Shown here: piece after piece, positions 1-14,423 of the stretch | How the letters are laid out: every line of letters starts with the position of its first letter | How positions within the stretch are numbered: position 1 is the first letter of the stretch | Source of the DNA: the human T2T-CHM13v2.0 reference genome, Homo sapiens | Direction: 5' to 3' (one strand) | Length of the DNA stretch: 64,000 nucleotides | Assembly (NCBI RefSeq): GCF_009914755.1 | Contig: NC_060933.1 | The notes under the pieces: model-generated | Databases searched by the model: none | What the model was told of the DNA's origin: nothing | The model's input: the letters and a program-made list of their open reading frames with translations, nothing else | Made by a program: the position numbers and the translations under genes

Positions 1-613
1 ATGTAAAAAGCATTTATCACTGAGGCACAAGATCTCAGCTAACCAAAGACTTTTTCTCATTGGAATGGCAAGTGCAGGTCTTGTTAGTGAACCGTGTAAG
101 AGTCAGAAACTAGTCCCCCAAAATTATAGCGGTATTTATATACACATTGTAATTCATGAGCACTTGTTCTGTGTCAGGCACTGGGTTTAGGCACAGGGAA
201 TACTTCAGTGAACAAAATAGATGAAAATTAAATGTTTATGAGGTTTCTTATTTGCTCATTTAAAAGCCTTTAGTTTAGGGAAGTTTGCAGTTTCTCTATG
301 TACATATTTACTTAGAAATGATGAGGACATTTCGAATCTTTAAATACAAATATTGATTTTAAAAAATTCATCTCACTCTTGGGCAAAGTTTCATGAAGAA
401 ATCAGTTTCATCTGTGCTCAATGCTAGTTATTCAGCATCCATTACCGAGGGTCTAAAAAGGTGGATGTTAAATAGAGTAGCTTCTGGTTTAATCTACATC
501 TTCACCATTTTCCAAGATTTTTTCTCTTTTTTTCTGAAAGTTCTTCTCTATCCCCTTCTTACAAGGACTTGAGAATAAATCACCTCGTAATAAGCATTTA
601 ATAATAACTAACA

Positions 614-778
614 CCAGGTGCAGCGGCACATGCCTGTAATCCCAGCACTTTGGGAGGCTAAGACAGGAGGATTACTTGAAGCCAGGAGTTCGAGGCTGCA
701 GTGGGCTATGACTGTGCAACTATACTCCAGCCTGTGCAACAGAGAGAAATTTTGTCTCAAAAAACAAACAAACAAACA
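614..778 (+). mobile_element. Free Alu monomer (FRAM/FAM-like)
   Basis: Single arm with gaggctgcagtgggctatga and (AAAC)n tail. Confidence 0.85.
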
Positions 779-789
779 ATTTGCACAGT

Positions 790-1000
790 GCTTTTAATTC
801 ACAAAATACTTTTTTCATTCATAATCTCACTTGAGATGTCCAACAATCTTGTTCCTAGACAATATTTCCATCTTGCAGTTGAAGAAACAAAGGTTCAGGG
901 ATAGTAAGCAACCTACTCAAAGGTGCATAGCTAATGAGAGGCATTGCTCAAATTCAACATGCATTTTCTGTATCCAGATCTCAAGACCCTTTCCGAAGGC
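790..1000 (-). mobile_element. MIR
   Basis: Degenerate reverse MIR core (gaagaaacaaaggttcaggga..aaggtgcatagcta). Confidence 0.55.
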
Positions 1001-1130
1001 CACCTCTTTCCTGTTGCTTTAGAAAGTAAACACATCACCAGAGTCTTTGGTGTTCCAGCTTCTTTTTAGGCATGCCTAAGGTCAGATTGTCAAGAAATTT
1101 GTTATAGTTATTAAAAAGTTATGAGCAAGT

Positions 1131-1439
<309 letters not shown>

Positions 1440-1908
1440 GTTATGAGCAAGTTTTAAAATATTTCCTCCTTTAAGTTTGAGTGAGTTCCTCAATCTGAGA
1501 GTCTAAAGGTTAATGGAATCAATAATTAACACTGCTGGTATAAACTATGCCCCAGGTCTACTTCCTTATTTACCCTCCTCTCCAACCCATACTGCAAAAA
1601 TGCATCAGTGTAAGATTAGGAAAGGGAAGATTAGGAAAGGGAATTTCTTCCAAGTACTCTGTATGAAAGCTATGTTTAAGTGGAAGAACTTTTAAAACTG
1701 ACTCTGGTTTTTATTTTATTATTTAAAGTAAGAGATATTAATAGTCAGTGAGGCAACAGATAGAGGTCTAGGAGCGAGGAAGAGCACTGATCATCCATTA
1801 AAATCACATATCGAGCAAACTGTACTCCAAGGCTAGGAATGGCCAACTTTAGGAAAAGACTCAGAAAACTAGGAAAAAAACAAATAGGAAAACAACTGAG
1901 CTGGTTTA

Positions 1909-2300
<392 letters not shown>

Positions 2301-2579
2301 GGAATTCTGAGTGACTGTGAGTGATCTTCACGCACTTACTGGTGACCACCTGAACAATGCCCAAGGTGGACATTGGATGTGCATGGAAGAAATCAGATAG
2401 TGAGGAAGAAAATTAAAGAAAGGAAAGAAGAAAGAGAACAGAAAGACGTAGGATTAGCCATGCACTCAGCGCTCACCGCTCCCCATCTCTGCTATGGATG
2501 TCCTAGCCCTGGATTAAGAGGAGATGGGATTGAGAATTTTATATCCTTGTCCTTTTTGCTTCTGTCAGACTCTTATGTT

Positions 2580-3253
2580 TCCTGGGCCCACAGCAAACAT
2601 TTATGGGTCCAGGGCAAGAATACAAAGGGGAACCATATATGGCCAAATATGTTATGTCTACATATTTAAAATTTATAAATCAAGTGGACACTGACAAATG
2701 GCATATCTTGAAAAATACACCTTTTAATGAGCTAGCAGGTCAGGTTTGAATTGAGAATTGTCAGAATTGTCAAAGTTTTACGTTACAACATGGTGACATA
2801 GAGAGAGCTAGCCCTGGCCCTCACTAAGGTATAATGCTTACCTCCCTACTCTTGAACCCTCTGTCCTGAATCAACCATGAAGGAGAAGGACCATATGTGA
2901 GTGGCATGGATACCCTGGACCACCCTGGACCACGCATTCGAGCTCTGTCTACACCACACAGGCAGCACCATCTTGGTTATGCTATGGCTAGGAGTTTTCG
3001 CACCAGTGGCTCAGTCTCCTCTCCAAAGGACAGACGTGAGGATGAGGTCTTCAGAGGCCCTGGGAGAGGCCTTATGACATTCAGCCAAGGGTGGGAGGGG
3101 AGATTGCTGGATTCCAGGTGGGCACATCCATTTGGCCTCATGAATTTCTTGCTCCATTAGGAGAGACGTGGCTTGGGGAGAGCCAAAGCAGAACTCTCTA
3201 AATTATGTGCCCAGGACAGGAACTCTCCTTGCCTGGCTCTAAAAGTGATACTG
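2580..3253. mobile_element. Old hAT-Tip100 (MER45-like) DNA transposon remnant
   Basis: Ends resemble remembered Tip100-family termini (gggtccagggcaagaatacaaa; gcccaggacagg..ccttgcctggctctaa); heavily diverged. Confidence 0.35.
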
Positions 3254-4099
3254 CTATGTCCTGGTGTCCACTTGATTTTCAAATCACACAAAATGCATAG
3301 AACGTTCTGTTTCAAACAGCTCTGAAGGCAGGAGCTTATGTGCTGCCATGCAAAATATGCTACCATGCATGTGCTGCTCTGCTGCTTCAGATGGATGGTG
3401 CTGGAACAGCATTTGATCGAGAAAACCCAATTCCCGGCATTCTACATGGTCAGACATCACCTAGTATAACTGCTTTTTATTGTCATTATTATTGTTTGAC
3501 TTTTGCTGGTAGAGTGTTTAAGGTCAAGAATGATTCAATCTTAATTTGTTTTCAGCCATCATGGCTGGCTTCTTTCTTTTGTCTCATTTTTAAACCTTTG
3601 AACTAGCTTCATCATTGGGTTAATGTAAAATTAACTGCAGTTTCTGTTTGCTCTGGTAACATGTAGCCTATTGTTTTTAGACACTTTCCGATGTTAATAT
3701 GTAAAGGCACACTGAGAAACAGTGGCACATTTCTATTCTCTCCAAGTATTCTTAAATTGTTTTGAATAGAGATCCTTGGGCTGTGTGTCAAGATATTCAT
3801 TCTTTTCAGCTCTTGGGCAGCTGGTGAGGCCTGGGTTGGTTACAGATCTGTGGCTGGTGGCTGCTATCTTCTAAAAGCCTCTTTCATTTACCCCAATTAC
3901 CAACAAAATCTTACTGTTTTCTAAACGTTCAGTGAAGTTAAAGAGGTTAACGAGCTTTGCAAAAATAATTTTGCTCTGCATTTATCTGTTAATACATATA
4001 TTTAAGGCCACTCTAAATTAGTAATATAAATGATATTGATATTTCCTCCAATTTATCAGTTTATTTGCTCACCTCAATCTTCCAAAATGCGTTTCCTCC

Positions 4100-4460
4100 C
4101 TCCTCCTCTCAGTTTTTCCTGATTCTACTTATCCTTCAATGCCTGCCTAATGTATTCAATCATCAAACATGAAGCTCCTGTGTTCCAGGCTCATGCCCAC
4201 CTTCTTCACGATGCCTTCCTTGACCATGCTAGTTCACCATGGGCTTTCCCACTCCCTCTATGGAACTCATAAGGTGTTTCATTTCCACTATTTATTTGCA
4301 CTCAGTGCCTTGTAATTTTAGTTCTGTTTTCACATGTATACACATCTTCCCAATAAAGCTATAAGGTCCTTGGGGAAAAAAAACGCTACTTCACACACAT
4401 CCTTGTATTTCTCACTCCACCTACTAAAGTGTATTTACCATCTATATAAAATCTGTTGAC
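4100..4460 (+). mobile_element. L2 3' fragments
   Basis: gccttccttgacc and ctataaggtccttgggga..ccttgtatttctc L2-type motifs. Confidence 0.45.
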
Positions 4461-4496
4461 TAATTGATCGTGACTGATAAATATCACTTACTGAGT

Positions 4497-4735
4497 ACAG
4501 CGGTTAAGAGCACAGCCTGTTAAGATCAAATGGAACTGGTCTTAATGCTGACAGTGCCACTTGATAACCATGCAGTCTTAGGCTACTGACTTAACTGTTT
4601 GCTCATCTGTAAAATAGAGATCAGAATGGTATCTCCCTCATGGAATTGTTTGAGAACTAAATGACATCATACCTAAAAGAAATACCTGGAAGAGTTAGCA
4701 TTTGGAGAATGTTTGATGACAATGACTCTAATAAT
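4497..4735 (+). mobile_element. MIR
   Basis: ggttaagagcac..tgccactt..ctcatctgtaaaatagaga. Confidence 0.75.
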
Positions 4736-4771
4736 AACATCCCAGGCAAGGTGATAAACCCTTTACGTGAA

Positions 4772-5384
4772 CAGCAGTCCCTCCTTATCTGCAGGGCATA
4801 TGTTCCAAGACCCCCAGTGGATGCCTGAAATCATGGACAGTAAAAAACTCGATTACAGTTTGAGGTGCAGCAGCAAAACTAGCATGAATTTCTTTTCCCT
4901 TCACAATTTTAATGACAGAAGATTTATTGTTACAGTAGAACTTAGCAGCTTCAGCCTGCAATTTTTTTCTGTCTTTATTAAGTTGAGAACTTTCACCTTT
5001 TCACTTAAAGGAAGCACTTTATCACTTTGGTTTATCCAAATTGCCAGCATCACTACTCTTGTTCTTTAGGTCCATTAGTAAGTAAAACAAAGTAACTTGA
5101 ATGCAAGCATGGTGATACCTCAAAAGATTAGTCGATCTGATAACTGAGAGGGCTACTAAGTGATCACGGATGTGGAGCATACACGGAGTAGACCTGTTGG
5201 ACAAAGGGATGATTCTCGTCTTGGGGTGCGAGATTTCATCACACTACTCGGAATCACAAGCAATTTAAAACTTATGAATTGTTTATTTCTAGAATTTTCT
5301 ATTCAATATTTTCAGACCTCATGGACCACAAGTAACTGAAGCCCTGAAAAGTGAAATCACAGATAATGGGTGGGGAGCCTACTG
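4772..5384. mobile_element. MER44 (Tigger7-derived) DNA transposon
   Basis: TIRs cagcagtccctccttatc / gataatgggtggggagcctactg followed by TA; MER44B/C-type body. Confidence 0.85.
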
Positions 5385-5408
5385 TATTAATGATTTAACT
5401 CATTCCTA

Positions 5409-5773
<365 letters not shown>

Positions 5774-6536
5774 TTAAACCCAGGAAATCTGACTTCAAAG
5801 CCTATTTCCTTAACCAGCGCAGGATGCCAAGAAATTTTAAAGAGTAGTATCAGGAACTAATGTCATTGTTCCCTTCAAGGTGCACATTGAACAAATATGT
5901 CAAGAGAGTACAAGGGTTTATATGCAAAAGAATCCCACCCACCCCAAACTGGAATTGGGATTCAGATTTGTCTGAGCATGTGAATGACCTAAAAGAAGGT
6001 CATGGCCAGAAGTCAGAATCAATGAGGTTTTTGGCTGAACCCGGAGTGGGGAGGAATAACATGCCCTAGTCCTTGATGCTGAGAGATAAGGGTAAGGAAC
6101 AGAGCATGTCATTTGGTTCTACACTGTCCATACCCTGTAGGGAAAGGGGCTGTAGACAGATGATGAAGCAGCCGTTTTCACGAGGGCCGCGGAGGCACAG
6201 AGGTGTAGGCAGCCTGGCTGGAGGCCCGGTGACTGGATGAGACATGTTGTAGAATGAGTGGTGTTCTCCCCACTGGAGGGGCCTGGCTATGCTGCAGTGC
6301 AGGCTGCAAAAGGGACATCCTAGGCACTAGGCAGAGCACCCTGGGCTCAGACACTCAGGTGCCCACTGGGGTCTCAGGTACGGCTGGTGGTGGAGACCGA
6401 TCCCAAAGTGGTTTCCTGGCAGATCAAGAGTGGAAAACCTTGAAAGTCTTGAGCACCTGAAAGATACTTCCTGGGATTGATATTGAGCCCTGAGTTATGC
6501 AGATGAATGCAAGATGGTGAAATCTGGGTTACTATC

Positions 6537-7010
6537 TGTCATGGGCTGAATTGTGTTCACCCCTTCAATTCATATGTTGAAGTTGCCATCCAAGTACTAA
6601 GCAGGCCCGACCTTACTTAGCTTCTGGGATCAGACAAGATTGGGCGTGTTCAGGGTGATATGTCCGGAACATAGGTTGAAGTTCCAACTCCCAATACTTC
6701 GAAATTTGAAGCTAAGGCTTTAACAAAGGTGATTAAGGTAAAATGAGGCCATTATGGTGGAGCCGTGATCTAATATGACTGGTGTCCTTATAAGAAAAGA
6801 GCAAGACACCAGGAATGTGTGCACACATAGAAAAAACACAGTGAGAACACAGCCTGTGCAAGTCAAGGAGAGAAGCCTCAGGAGAAAACAAAACTGCCAA
6901 ACCCTTGATCTTGGATTTCCAGCCTCCAGAACTGTGAGAAAGTTAATTTTTGTTGTTTCAGTCACCCAGACTGTGATCTTTTGTGATGGCAGCCCTAGCA
7001 AACTAATATA
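6537..7010 (+). mobile_element. MLT1B solo LTR (MaLR)
   Basis: tgtcatgggctgaattgtg..gcagccctagcaaactaatata; 5-bp TSD ctatc. Confidence 0.9.
6586..6670 (-). pseudogene. 5S rRNA retropseudogene, 3'-truncated (about nt 1-86), no poly(A) tail
   Basis: Reverse complement matches 5S rRNA (CACCCTGAAC..GTCTGATC..GAAGCTAAG..GGTCGGGCCTG.TTAGTACTTGGATGG); 13-bp TSD atatgttgaagtt (6572-6584) / ataggttgaagtt (6671-6683). Confidence 0.95.
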
Positions 7011-7109
7011 CTATCCCTAAGAAGATCTGTTTCATGCTCTGAGGCTGGTGAGGCCTGGGCATGAAGGCACGGTGAGGGCAACTTGGGCTAACCCCATTTG
7101 TAACTCTCA

Positions 7110-7262
7110 CCATATATATTTAAGCCAGGTAGTATCACTCTTTTGTAGAGTAGGAAATCAAGATTCAGAGAAGATAAATAACTTGTCCAAGGCCACACAG
7201 CTTCTAAGTGATAAAGCCTGGTTTCAAATCCAGGTCTTTGTGACTCCCAAATTCATACTCCC
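7110..7262 (-). mobile_element. MIR
   Basis: aacttgtccaaggccacacagct..ttcaaatccagg. Confidence 0.75.
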
Positions 7263-8000
7263 AAATTCTACATGAAACTGCCTATTTATTATCTCCCACA
7301 CTGTCAACAGAGATGTAATTTACCTACATACTAATCACTACATGATAACAGGACTGGCACATCTCATGTTGCTCTGAGAATGCAAAGAAAACTGGTTCTT
7401 CATTTACAAATTGACTACAATTGACTGTGAGGTAACATAAAATCCAGCAATATGTATTAGCAAAGGAATATTTGCTTTCTCAAAAACACTTTTTAGGACC
7501 CTTAAACAATTGCTGCTTAATGCCATAAGATGATCTTACTAAAATGATGCAGAGTGGAGCTTGAGGAAGGAAATAGATAAATGGGCCCATTCCTGAGTAT
7601 GTGTGTACTGGGCAAATGGGGAGAAAAAGGACATGGGGCAAGGCAGGAGGGGATGTCGGGATTCCTCCACATTCCTCAAAGTCAGAGACTGTGTCCTTAT
7701 CACTGTCACATTCCCGAGGGTCTGGGAGTATATGCTCTTTCTAGGTATACTTGCTGATTGACCGACGGAACAAATGAACACGCAAATGAATGAATTCAGT
7801 CTTCTAATGAGAAGAAAAAAATTCTTAGGCCTTCAATGACCTAAATTCATCAAAGCATTTTGGACTTTCCTAATTTACTTTCTGTTTCATTTATCAAGTG
7901 AGATGGAGTTTCAGGGGAAGTAAAGAATCAACTGAAGAATTAAACCATAGACTGAACCTGGGCTGAAAAGGCATTCTTGCCTGTATATCTGAATAGTATT

Positions 8001-8426
8001 TGATATGGGTTGGTATTTGTCCCCTCCAAATCTCATGTTGAAATGTAACCCCCAAGGTTGGGAGGTGGAACCTGGTAGGAGGTGTTTGGATCATGGGGGT
8101 GGATCCCTCATAAATAGCTGAATGCTATCCCATTGGTGATGAGTGAGTTCCTGCTCTGAGTTCACACAAGAGCTGATTATTGAAGAGTATGGCACTTCTT
8201 CTGTCTCTCTCTCTTTCTCCTTTACCCGCTTCTTCCATGTAACATCCTGGCTTCCCTTTCGCCTTCCACCATGAGTGTAAGCTTGCTGAGGTCCTCCCCA
8301 GGAACAGATGCCAGCACCATGCTTCCTGTACAGCCTGCAGAACCATGAGCCAATTAAACCTCTTATCATTGTAAATTACCCAATCTCATGTATTCCTTTA
8401 TAGCAATGCAAGAACAAACTAATACG
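8001..8426 (+). mobile_element. MSTB-like solo LTR (MaLR)
   Basis: tgatatgggttgg..aaatctcatgttgaaatgtaa..gagccaattaaacctctt..aactaatac. Confidence 0.9.
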
Positions 8427-9038
8427 GTGCTACTGAGAATGTATCTCCTTGTCACCCCCTACAATCATCAGAATAATCAGCTCTACCCTACTACCTCAGA
8501 TGAATGTGGAATGTGTTTATTTCAGGCAGGTGTTCTTGGCCTGTATATGGTGAACAACAGAGACACCAATGGCTCAGAAGATGGAATACAGCAATAGTAA
8601 ACATGGGCAGAAGTAATACAAATCTTGTAAGCCAAATGTAATTTCTTCAGGCTGCTGATTTTCAAGAACTGTCTTCAGAGCTTCTCTATTATTTTAATTA
8701 TGTTAAAAATAATTATCCACTGAAAAAAATGCAACAGAGCCCCTGTCCCTACCTCAACAAAGAAAAGTGTCTAGTAAGGTTATAAACAGGGCAAAACAAA
8801 GCAAGATGTTCTTAAAATTTTCAGGACTTTACTTAAGCAAACACTTGAATATCCTTTGCTATAATAAAAATGCAACTATTCATGAGCAATCTATCTAGAT
8901 TTTGATATAATACTGCAGGAAGAAGGAAAGTGTTTTCTCTCTCTACCTTGGCTTACTATAATTATTACTTATTGTGGTAGCAATAATATCTTGTTCTTCT
9001 TAGATGTTATTTATCAGTTAGTATGAAGAATATAATAC

Positions 9039-9341
9039 TTTTTATTTTTTTTTTTTTTTTGAGGCTGAGTCTCGCTTTATCGCCCAGGCTGAAGTGCAGT
9101 GGTGTGATCTCGGCTCACTGTAACCTCCACCTCCCGGTTCAAGCAATTCTCCTATCTGAGCCTCCCAAGTAGTTGGGATTACAGGTGCCCGACACCACGC
9201 TCGGCTAATTTTTGTATTTTTAGTAGAGATGGGGTTTCACCATATTGGCCAGGCTGGTCTGGAACTCCTGACCTCAAGTGATCCACCCGCCTTGGCCTCC
9301 CAAAGGGCTAGGATTACAGGCGTGAGCCATGGTGACTGGCC
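9039..9341 (-). mobile_element. AluS
   Basis: Reverse Alu with poly(T). Confidence 0.95.
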
Positions 9342-9523
9342 ATGACATGCATTTTTAAACAACTAGATCTCATACAAGAAACATGGAAATAACTGCGATA
9401 TCCACTTATTTTGCAAATATCGGTGGATAGTGCTGCATTTAACATGATGGGAATGGGCTTTCTGCATTATTACTCAATTAATTAATTTAACAGCCCCAAC
9501 CACATTATAAAGGACAGCACCTT

Positions 9524-9827
<304 letters not shown>

Positions 9828-10508
9828 AAGGACAGCACCTCACAAATGTTTTCTTTGTGTAGGAGAAGCAAGGGAAAATAATATAGAACTATAGAACAGA
9901 CAGCTGTGAACAGGCCCTCTGCTAATTTGATTTATAATCACCTAAAATACAAGAAACATCAGATGCTCTTAACTGGAAATTTTCTCTTCATTAGAGAAAT
10001 ATGCATTGCCATATTTTTATCTAAGAACCAGTATGGAGTTTGTAGGGAGTTTGGGGACGGCTCTGTGCAAAGTTAATCATAGCCTGCTCAGTTGATTATA
10101 GTATGCATTCTGTTTGCTTGTCTCGTTAATAGAGGGAGGCTTCAACTGCGTGACATGAAAAGGCTGGACGTGCCAGAGAATTACGTATTGTGTTATTTGT
10201 TAAACTTTAGAACCACAACCAATGCTTAATGCTGAAAACCTCTAATCAGCATTGGATTGTTCAGACTTAAAGCTATGTTTGTAATAGTAACAGTTAGTAG
10301 GATGGATTGCAAATTAAATAGAAACATACATTGTAATTGAAAGCTCTTTAAAAATTCCCCAGATGGAGTTAAAAGGTAATCACTTGATGAGTTCATTGGG
10401 AAAAAATGGAAAAATATTTATTAAAATTATTCAATTACTAGAACCCTCTCTGTCCCTAAAGACTAATGGGGGATATCAACACAAAGTAACTCATTCAAAG
10501 GTATTATA

Positions 10509-10730
10509 GGCCAGGTATGTGGCTCACGCCTGTAACCACAGCACTTTGGGAAGCCGAGGCGGGTGGATCACTTGAGGTCAGGAGTTCCAGACCAGCCTGA
10601 CCAACATGTTGAAACCCCATCTCTACTAAAAATACAAAAATTAGCCGAGCGTGGTGTCGGGCACCTGTAATCCCAGCTACTTGGGAGGCTCAGATAGGAG
10701 AATTGCTTGAACCGGGAGGTGGAGGTTACA
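10509..10730 (+). mobile_element. AluS, 3'-truncated
   Basis: Stops at ggaggttaca, no tail. Confidence 0.9.
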
Positions 10731-11479
10731 TCTAGTGCCATTAGAATTTAATAAATGTTAACTGATGGAAAAACTTCCAAGGTAGGGTGTGGTGATGGGA
10801 GTAGAGAAAGCACATGTTTTTCCTATTAAATGGTAAATGTCCAATTTGGGGTTAACTGGTAACTTCAGAGAACTGTGAGTCAGTTGCGTTCACGGAGGCC
10901 TAGCATTTTGCACAGGCAACTGCATTAAGCAAAGCAAAGTGCATGCATTTTGTTTTCCTTTGGGTATGTCTGGGCTTTGGGAAGCAGATTTCTTGCATAT
11001 CAGTAAAGTGAAAGAGTTTGTTAATTTTGAAGTTCCTTATTTCAAGACATTTTTGAAAAATATTTTACTATTATCTGTTTTTCACTCCCTGTGTAGATTT
11101 TTATTTGTTTGCCTTTTTGGTTCCTGTTTAACCAACCCAAAGTTAGAATTGGCTGAGAAAACTCTTACTAGCAAGTAATGTTATTGTCAAATAAATAGAC
11201 TTAGGGATAATGTCAGCCCTAGTTAGTTGGGGTCACCCTGCCTCTTAAGATCTAGAGGACATAGGCTCAATCCCCCATACCAAGACTTGCGGAAGTCCAA
11301 CTCAGTCTTCAACAATTCCATGCATTGCCAGAGGGCTTACATTCTCATGATCAGTTCTGGCTTCAAACTCCTATTTTGCTGAATTTGTTGAGTTTAGAGA
11401 TAATCTTTTCATTGCCTCTTGTGTTCCTTATTCTGTATCACCTCAATACAATGTAGATCCTGGCCAGCCAGCCAGCCTG

Positions 11480-11606
11480 CCTTCCTCTCCTCCTCATCCT
11501 TCTTCTTCTCCCCCATCCTCTCTCTTCTCTTGTCTCTCTCTCTCTCTCACTCTCTCTCTCTCTCTCACATACCCACACCCACACCCACACACACACACAC
11601 TCACAC
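11480..11606. repeat. Polypyrimidine (CT)n tract joined to (CA)n microsatellite
   Basis: Directly visible. Confidence 0.9.
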
Positions 11607-11870
11607 AGGCATTTTTATATGTAGTCAACTTTGCTGGAGTTTGGGAAAGGTAAAAGTAGTTTGCATAAAATGTAAAAAACATGAATACAATATTCATCAT
11701 CCTTGTCCTTGTTCTTAAAAAGCAAATCTTTCATTCCTTTTCTGCCACAATTCGGGCTCCAGCCTCCCTCTCTTCCTTTTCCCCTCCTTTCTATGCCCAC
11801 TCTCTTTTAAGAGAAGAAAAAATTCCTCTCATTCTCTTACAGGGGACAACTTAGCCCTCCCAGAAACTTA

Positions 11871-12290
11871 CTGGGTCATTTTGACTGCAAGTGACAGAAA
11901 ACAAAGTTCAAGCTGCTTGACACAAGAGGATCTACTGAGCCTTATAACTTAAAAGTCCAAGGGTGGATCTTGTTTCGGGCGTGGGTAGATAAGGGAGCTC
12001 GGCCGTGTCAGCAGATCTGATTTCTGTCTCAGTGTGTTGGCTCCACCCTTCCTGATTCTGGCTCCCTGTCTCAGCAAAACTCTCCTTGCTTTACATTGGG
12101 CCTACCCCTAGGCCTGTCAGTGTGGGCTGGGAATGCAGCACGCTCATTGGCTTAGGCCTCATTCCCATCATCCAACCCTGGCTCCAGGAGGATGGGATTA
12201 GTGTGACTCAAACACGTGGAAAGGAGTGGTTCTTCTGAGGAAAACCAGCTGAAGTATTACAGAAAGAGGAAATGCTGCAGAGACCCAGCC
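11871..12290 (-). mobile_element. Old MLT1 LTR (MLT1K/J-like)
   Basis: tgcaagtgacagaaaac..taacttaaaagtcc and ctcattggcttaggcct..gaggaaaacc motifs. Confidence 0.65.
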
Positions 12291-12300
12291 GGAAACAGTG
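11977..12300 (+). promoter_or_regulatory. Candidate LTR-derived promoter/enhancer motif cluster
   Basis: GGGCGTGGG 11977-11985, inverted CCAAT 12146-12150, AP-1 TGACTCA 12204-12210, E-box CACGTG 12213-12218, ETS CCGGAAA 12289-12295. Confidence 0.4.
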
Positions 12301-12502
12301 CTGGCCAGCTCACGCCTGACCCACCCTTATTCTAAGCATAGGGTCTGCCTCTGAAGAGCTAAAGACTTCCTGAAATTTAAAAATTAGTGCTTTTATTTGC
12401 TTGTCCTGCTAAGACCGTAGGCAAAGGCCATCCTCCTCCCATTGACAGTTTAGAGTGGGTAAGTTCGTTTTTATAGATATTCTAAAATGCCCTGCAGGTA
12501 CC

Positions 12503-12635
12503 AGAAACGTTTTATATCTTGATGGTAGGGGTTACACGGGGTATACATACGTTAAACTTTATCAAGCTGTACAGTTAAGGTTTGTGTACTTTACTGTATA
12601 TGTAGTTTAGTGTACAAGCTGTACCTCAGTTAATT
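12503..12635 (+). mobile_element. L1MD/ME 3' fragment
   Basis: tatcttgat..ggttacacggggtatacat..tactttactgtat. Confidence 0.65.
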
Positions 12636-12992
12636 TTATTTTGTAATTTCCTGCAAGATTAGCAGCAAAAGCGCATGTGATGTCGAGTGCAACACTCAAG
12701 CCCATGATCTTTGGTTTGCCTTTATACTAAGCCTTATTCAGCCAGAAGCCAAGAAATAGCCCAGCTGAGGTCACCAGGGTAGAAAACCCATATGGGTTTG
12801 GGATTAAGTCCTATTTTGTATTAATATGGGTATATTTGCCTGAAGTGTCTTCTGGAACCTATATTTAATTTGTGTCCCTCAGAAACTGAGTATGTTGACA
12901 CAGGAAACATTTAGAGACTGGGGATAGCCTGAGAGTCAATGTCTATAACTAAGGCTTCTAAACATTCCCCTAAATTATTCAGGTGAACATTA

Positions 12993-13570
<578 letters not shown>

Positions 13571-13664
13571 ATTCAAGGCAGAAAGATAGTTTGCCTTCTA
13601 CCATAAAATGGTGCTATTCAAAGTCATCATTCCTCAGTGAAACATCACATTTGACAGTCCTTTA

Positions 13665-13890
13665 GAGCAGATTGTAATGGATTTAGAATTGGAAGATCCA
13701 CCTTTAAGTCCTGGCCTTGTCCTTTACTGGCTGTGTGGCTTTGGGCAAGTCACTTAATTGTGGCTGAGCTTCAGTTCCACATCTATAAAATGATGATATG
13801 GGAGGTTCCTGTCTTTCAGGGCTGATCTGCAATACAGAGATGACACATGCAAAGATCTTTTGTGAAATGGTAAAGTCTCATTATTATCCT
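13665..13890 (+). mobile_element. MIR
   Basis: ctgtgtggctttgggcaagtcacttaa..cagttccacatctataaaatg. Confidence 0.75.
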
Positions 13891-14423
13891 GATCCCCCCT
13901 GCCCATTGCCTTTGAGAGCATTAATCACGTTTTTTTTAGTGCCTCTTTTGCATTTATCTTCTCAGGCAATCTCTTGAATGAATTTTTCACTCCACAATTA
14001 CCTCTAAGGTTAAGTGATTCCCAGGAGATTGTCCAGCAGCATCTTGCAGGTTGCCAATACATCAGAAGAGCTTGCGTGAATTTCATCTTTCATCATTTTT
14101 TAGATGCTATCTTCATGTAACTTAATCTTGTCTCTCTGAATCTTTTGCAGTTCAATCTCCTAATTCACCCTGCTTACAATATTCCCCTTTGGAATCTCAT
14201 TATCAGCTGTTGCCAACTAAGCAAAGGCAGAGTTTCTTGATGTCTCTTCATCTGTTTCCATGTTTGTATTATTCTTTGATTATACAAGTAAAATAGATAA
14301 GGAATAATTGTTGATGTTACAGAGAAATGGCAATTTTCTTTTTGAAAGGTGAGATTATTCTTACATACAGAAAAGCTTACCATTCTTCATGAAGTTACTG
14401 GAGAAAATGATAAAAGGGGAAAT

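Noticed and set aside
6586-6670. Functional 5S rRNA gene
   Set aside because: 3' third missing, many substitutions, TSD-flanked
13966-14008. Possible 43-nt internal lncRNA exon (ctcag| ... aag|gttaag)
   Set aside because: Weak donor and no independent support from sequence alone
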